Below are positions 17,085 to 18,430 of a DNA stretch of 18,430 nucleotides, piece by piece. The notes under the pieces were generated by a model. The model ran no database searches. It worked only from the letters and a program-made list of their open reading frames with translations, and was not told the origin of the DNA. Both the position numbers and the translations under genes were made by a program. The stretch is taken from the NCBI GenBank assembly GCA_048941265.1, contig JBHLNT010000063.1, positions 4,482-22,911 of the forward strand, in the 5' to 3' direction. Every line of letters starts with the position of its first letter. Position 1 is the stretch's first letter. This DNA is from Promethearchaeota archaeon (GTDB lineage: Archaea > Asgardarchaeota > Lokiarchaeia > Sigyniarchaeales > SOKP01).

Positions 17085-18302
17085 TTATATTAATTTTAAA
17101 AACTTTAGAAGTCTTTTCGCAGAATTTCCGTCTAAATGGGCATTAAAGTAGTCTCTTAATTCTATCCTTTTTACCTTATAATCTTTATCAATTTCTTTAA
17201 TTTTTTTGATGGTTTCAATCAATTCCGTTGCCGTATACACAACTGGTCCTGGTGCTATTTCTTCTAAACTATTATAATATATGCCCCATTCTTTAATGTA
17301 CTCATTATAATCGTAAGGAAACAGTATCATGGGTCTATCTAATAGTAAAAAATCATGATATATAGAAGAATAATCGGTAATTAAAATATCTGTGATATAT
17401 AATAGTTCTTGGGTATCAGATTCAACATCCATTATCCTAATATTCCCATATTCTTTAAAGGCTATAATTCTTTCACTTATATGCGCTTTCAATAAAAATG
17501 TAGAATTGGTATCACCCATTAATCGGTTTAACGTGATTAAATCTTCATTGCTTAAAGGAAATTTAGCCGTGTAGTTTCTTCTAAAAGTAGGTGCATAAAG
17601 AATTATTCTATCTACTGTATCGGGAACATTATATTTCTTTCTAAATTTTTCTCTTAAATTTGTCTCTTTTGAAAAAAAAAGGTCATTTCTCGGATACCCT
17701 GTGGGTATTATCTTTTTTAAAGGATATCTAAACGCATCTGCTAAAATTTTTAATGGTTTTTGTGCACCAGATAAAGCAACAATATAATCAACATATTCAT
17801 GGTCGCGAATTTTTAGCCTGAAAATTCTTGACCACTTAGAATAAATGAATTTCGCTGAATATGGATCTATTCCTATAACTTTTATATCACCGCCGTGCCA
17901 AGTTTGAATATGTAATGTTCCGGGAGAATATTTGATAGGAAGTACATCATTATATCCGTGAGTTACAAATACAGCTTTCGCCTTTCTTAGTAATTTAATA
18001 GCTTTTATAGAGTAAGCATATATTGTATTAATCCCTTCTTCTTCTAGTTTCCTATTTAATTTACGATTTTTTGACATCCAAATTAATTTATAATCTGTAT
18101 TTTCTTTCAAATATTTATAAAGATATTTTGTATTTCCTGAAAAATATTTTCCATTGCTACTGCCTAAAATTATTAATTTTTCATCTATTTTGCCCCTAAA
18201 TAATTTTGATAGATGATAGATAATTAAATCAGATATGAACGTACTATTTAAACCAACAAGGTTAATTAATTTGAAAATCTTTATATTTGATTGCATATTC
18301 AA
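17085..18302 (-). CDS. CDP-glycerol glycerophosphotransferase family protein (TagB/TagF-like)
   Basis: All family motifs visible: SGN.KYLY, IQTWHG, TGYPRND, ILYAPTFR, KAH, DILITDYSSI..DF...DRP, PGP, DGNSAKR. Start is either TTG 18302 or ATG 18296. Confidence 0.93.
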   Translation of the reverse strand: MNMQSNIKIFKLINLVGLNSTFISDLIIYHLSKLFRGKIDEKLIILGSSNGKYFSGNTKYLYKYLKENTDYKLIWMSKNRKLNRKLEEEGINTIYAYSIKAIKLLRKAKAVFVTHGYNDVLPIKYSPGTLHIQTWHGGDIKVIGIDPYSAKFIYSKWSRIFRLKIRDHEYVDYIVALSGAQKPLKILADAFRYPLKKIIPTGYPRNDLFFSKETNLREKFRKKYNVPDTVDRIILYAPTFRRNYTAKFPLSNEDLITLNRLMGDTNSTFLLKAHISERIIAFKEYGNIRIMDVESDTQELLYITDILITDYSSIYHDFLLLDRPMILFPYDYNEYIKEWGIYYNSLEEIAPGPVVYTATELIETIKKIKEIDKDYKVKRIELRDYFNAHLDGNSAKRLLKFLKLI

Positions 18303-18430
18303 CCGATTATTTTAAATTGTTTTATATATGTAGAATTATTCTCCTTCATTTTTTGAAAAAAATGTATTAAATCTATTAAAAATTATTAATTATCTTTGTT
18401 ATCTGCCATATTTTAGATAATAAAATAGCA

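Noticed and set aside
16207-17574. Plus-strand ORFs at 16207 and 17392 as possible radical SAM precursor peptides
   Set aside because: Both are antisense within real genes, so a RiPP interpretation is unsupported.

Overview
Very AT-rich, densely coding window holding part of a cell-surface glycan biosynthesis locus; no rRNA, tRNA, CRISPR array or mobile element was recognised. Its core is a tightly coupled four-gene minus-strand operon (13525->8847) for making and activating 2-aminoethylphosphonate (AEP): PEP mutase fused to a nucleotidyltransferase domain, phosphonopyruvate decarboxylase, a LicC/PntC-type cytidylyltransferase and an AEP transaminase. Around it lie three GT-B glycosyltransferases (one partial at the left edge and absent from the ORF track, one fused to two degenerate methyltransferase domains), a TagF/TagB-family CDP-glycerol glycerophosphotransferase, a radical SAM/SPASM-twitch enzyme, a CE4-like deacetylase, a kinase-fold protein with an altered catalytic loop, a large GT-C-like membrane protein, and an ABC-2 exporter whose two paralogous permeases are transcribed divergently. 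The lack of clear Shine-Dalgarno sites and hairpin terminators, BRE/TATA-like elements and the protein style suggest an archaeon, possibly Asgard/Lokiarchaeia (inference, not verified). The best candidate for an undescribed system is a phosphonate-decorated, teichoic-acid-like or lipid-linked surface glycan pathway in an archaeon.
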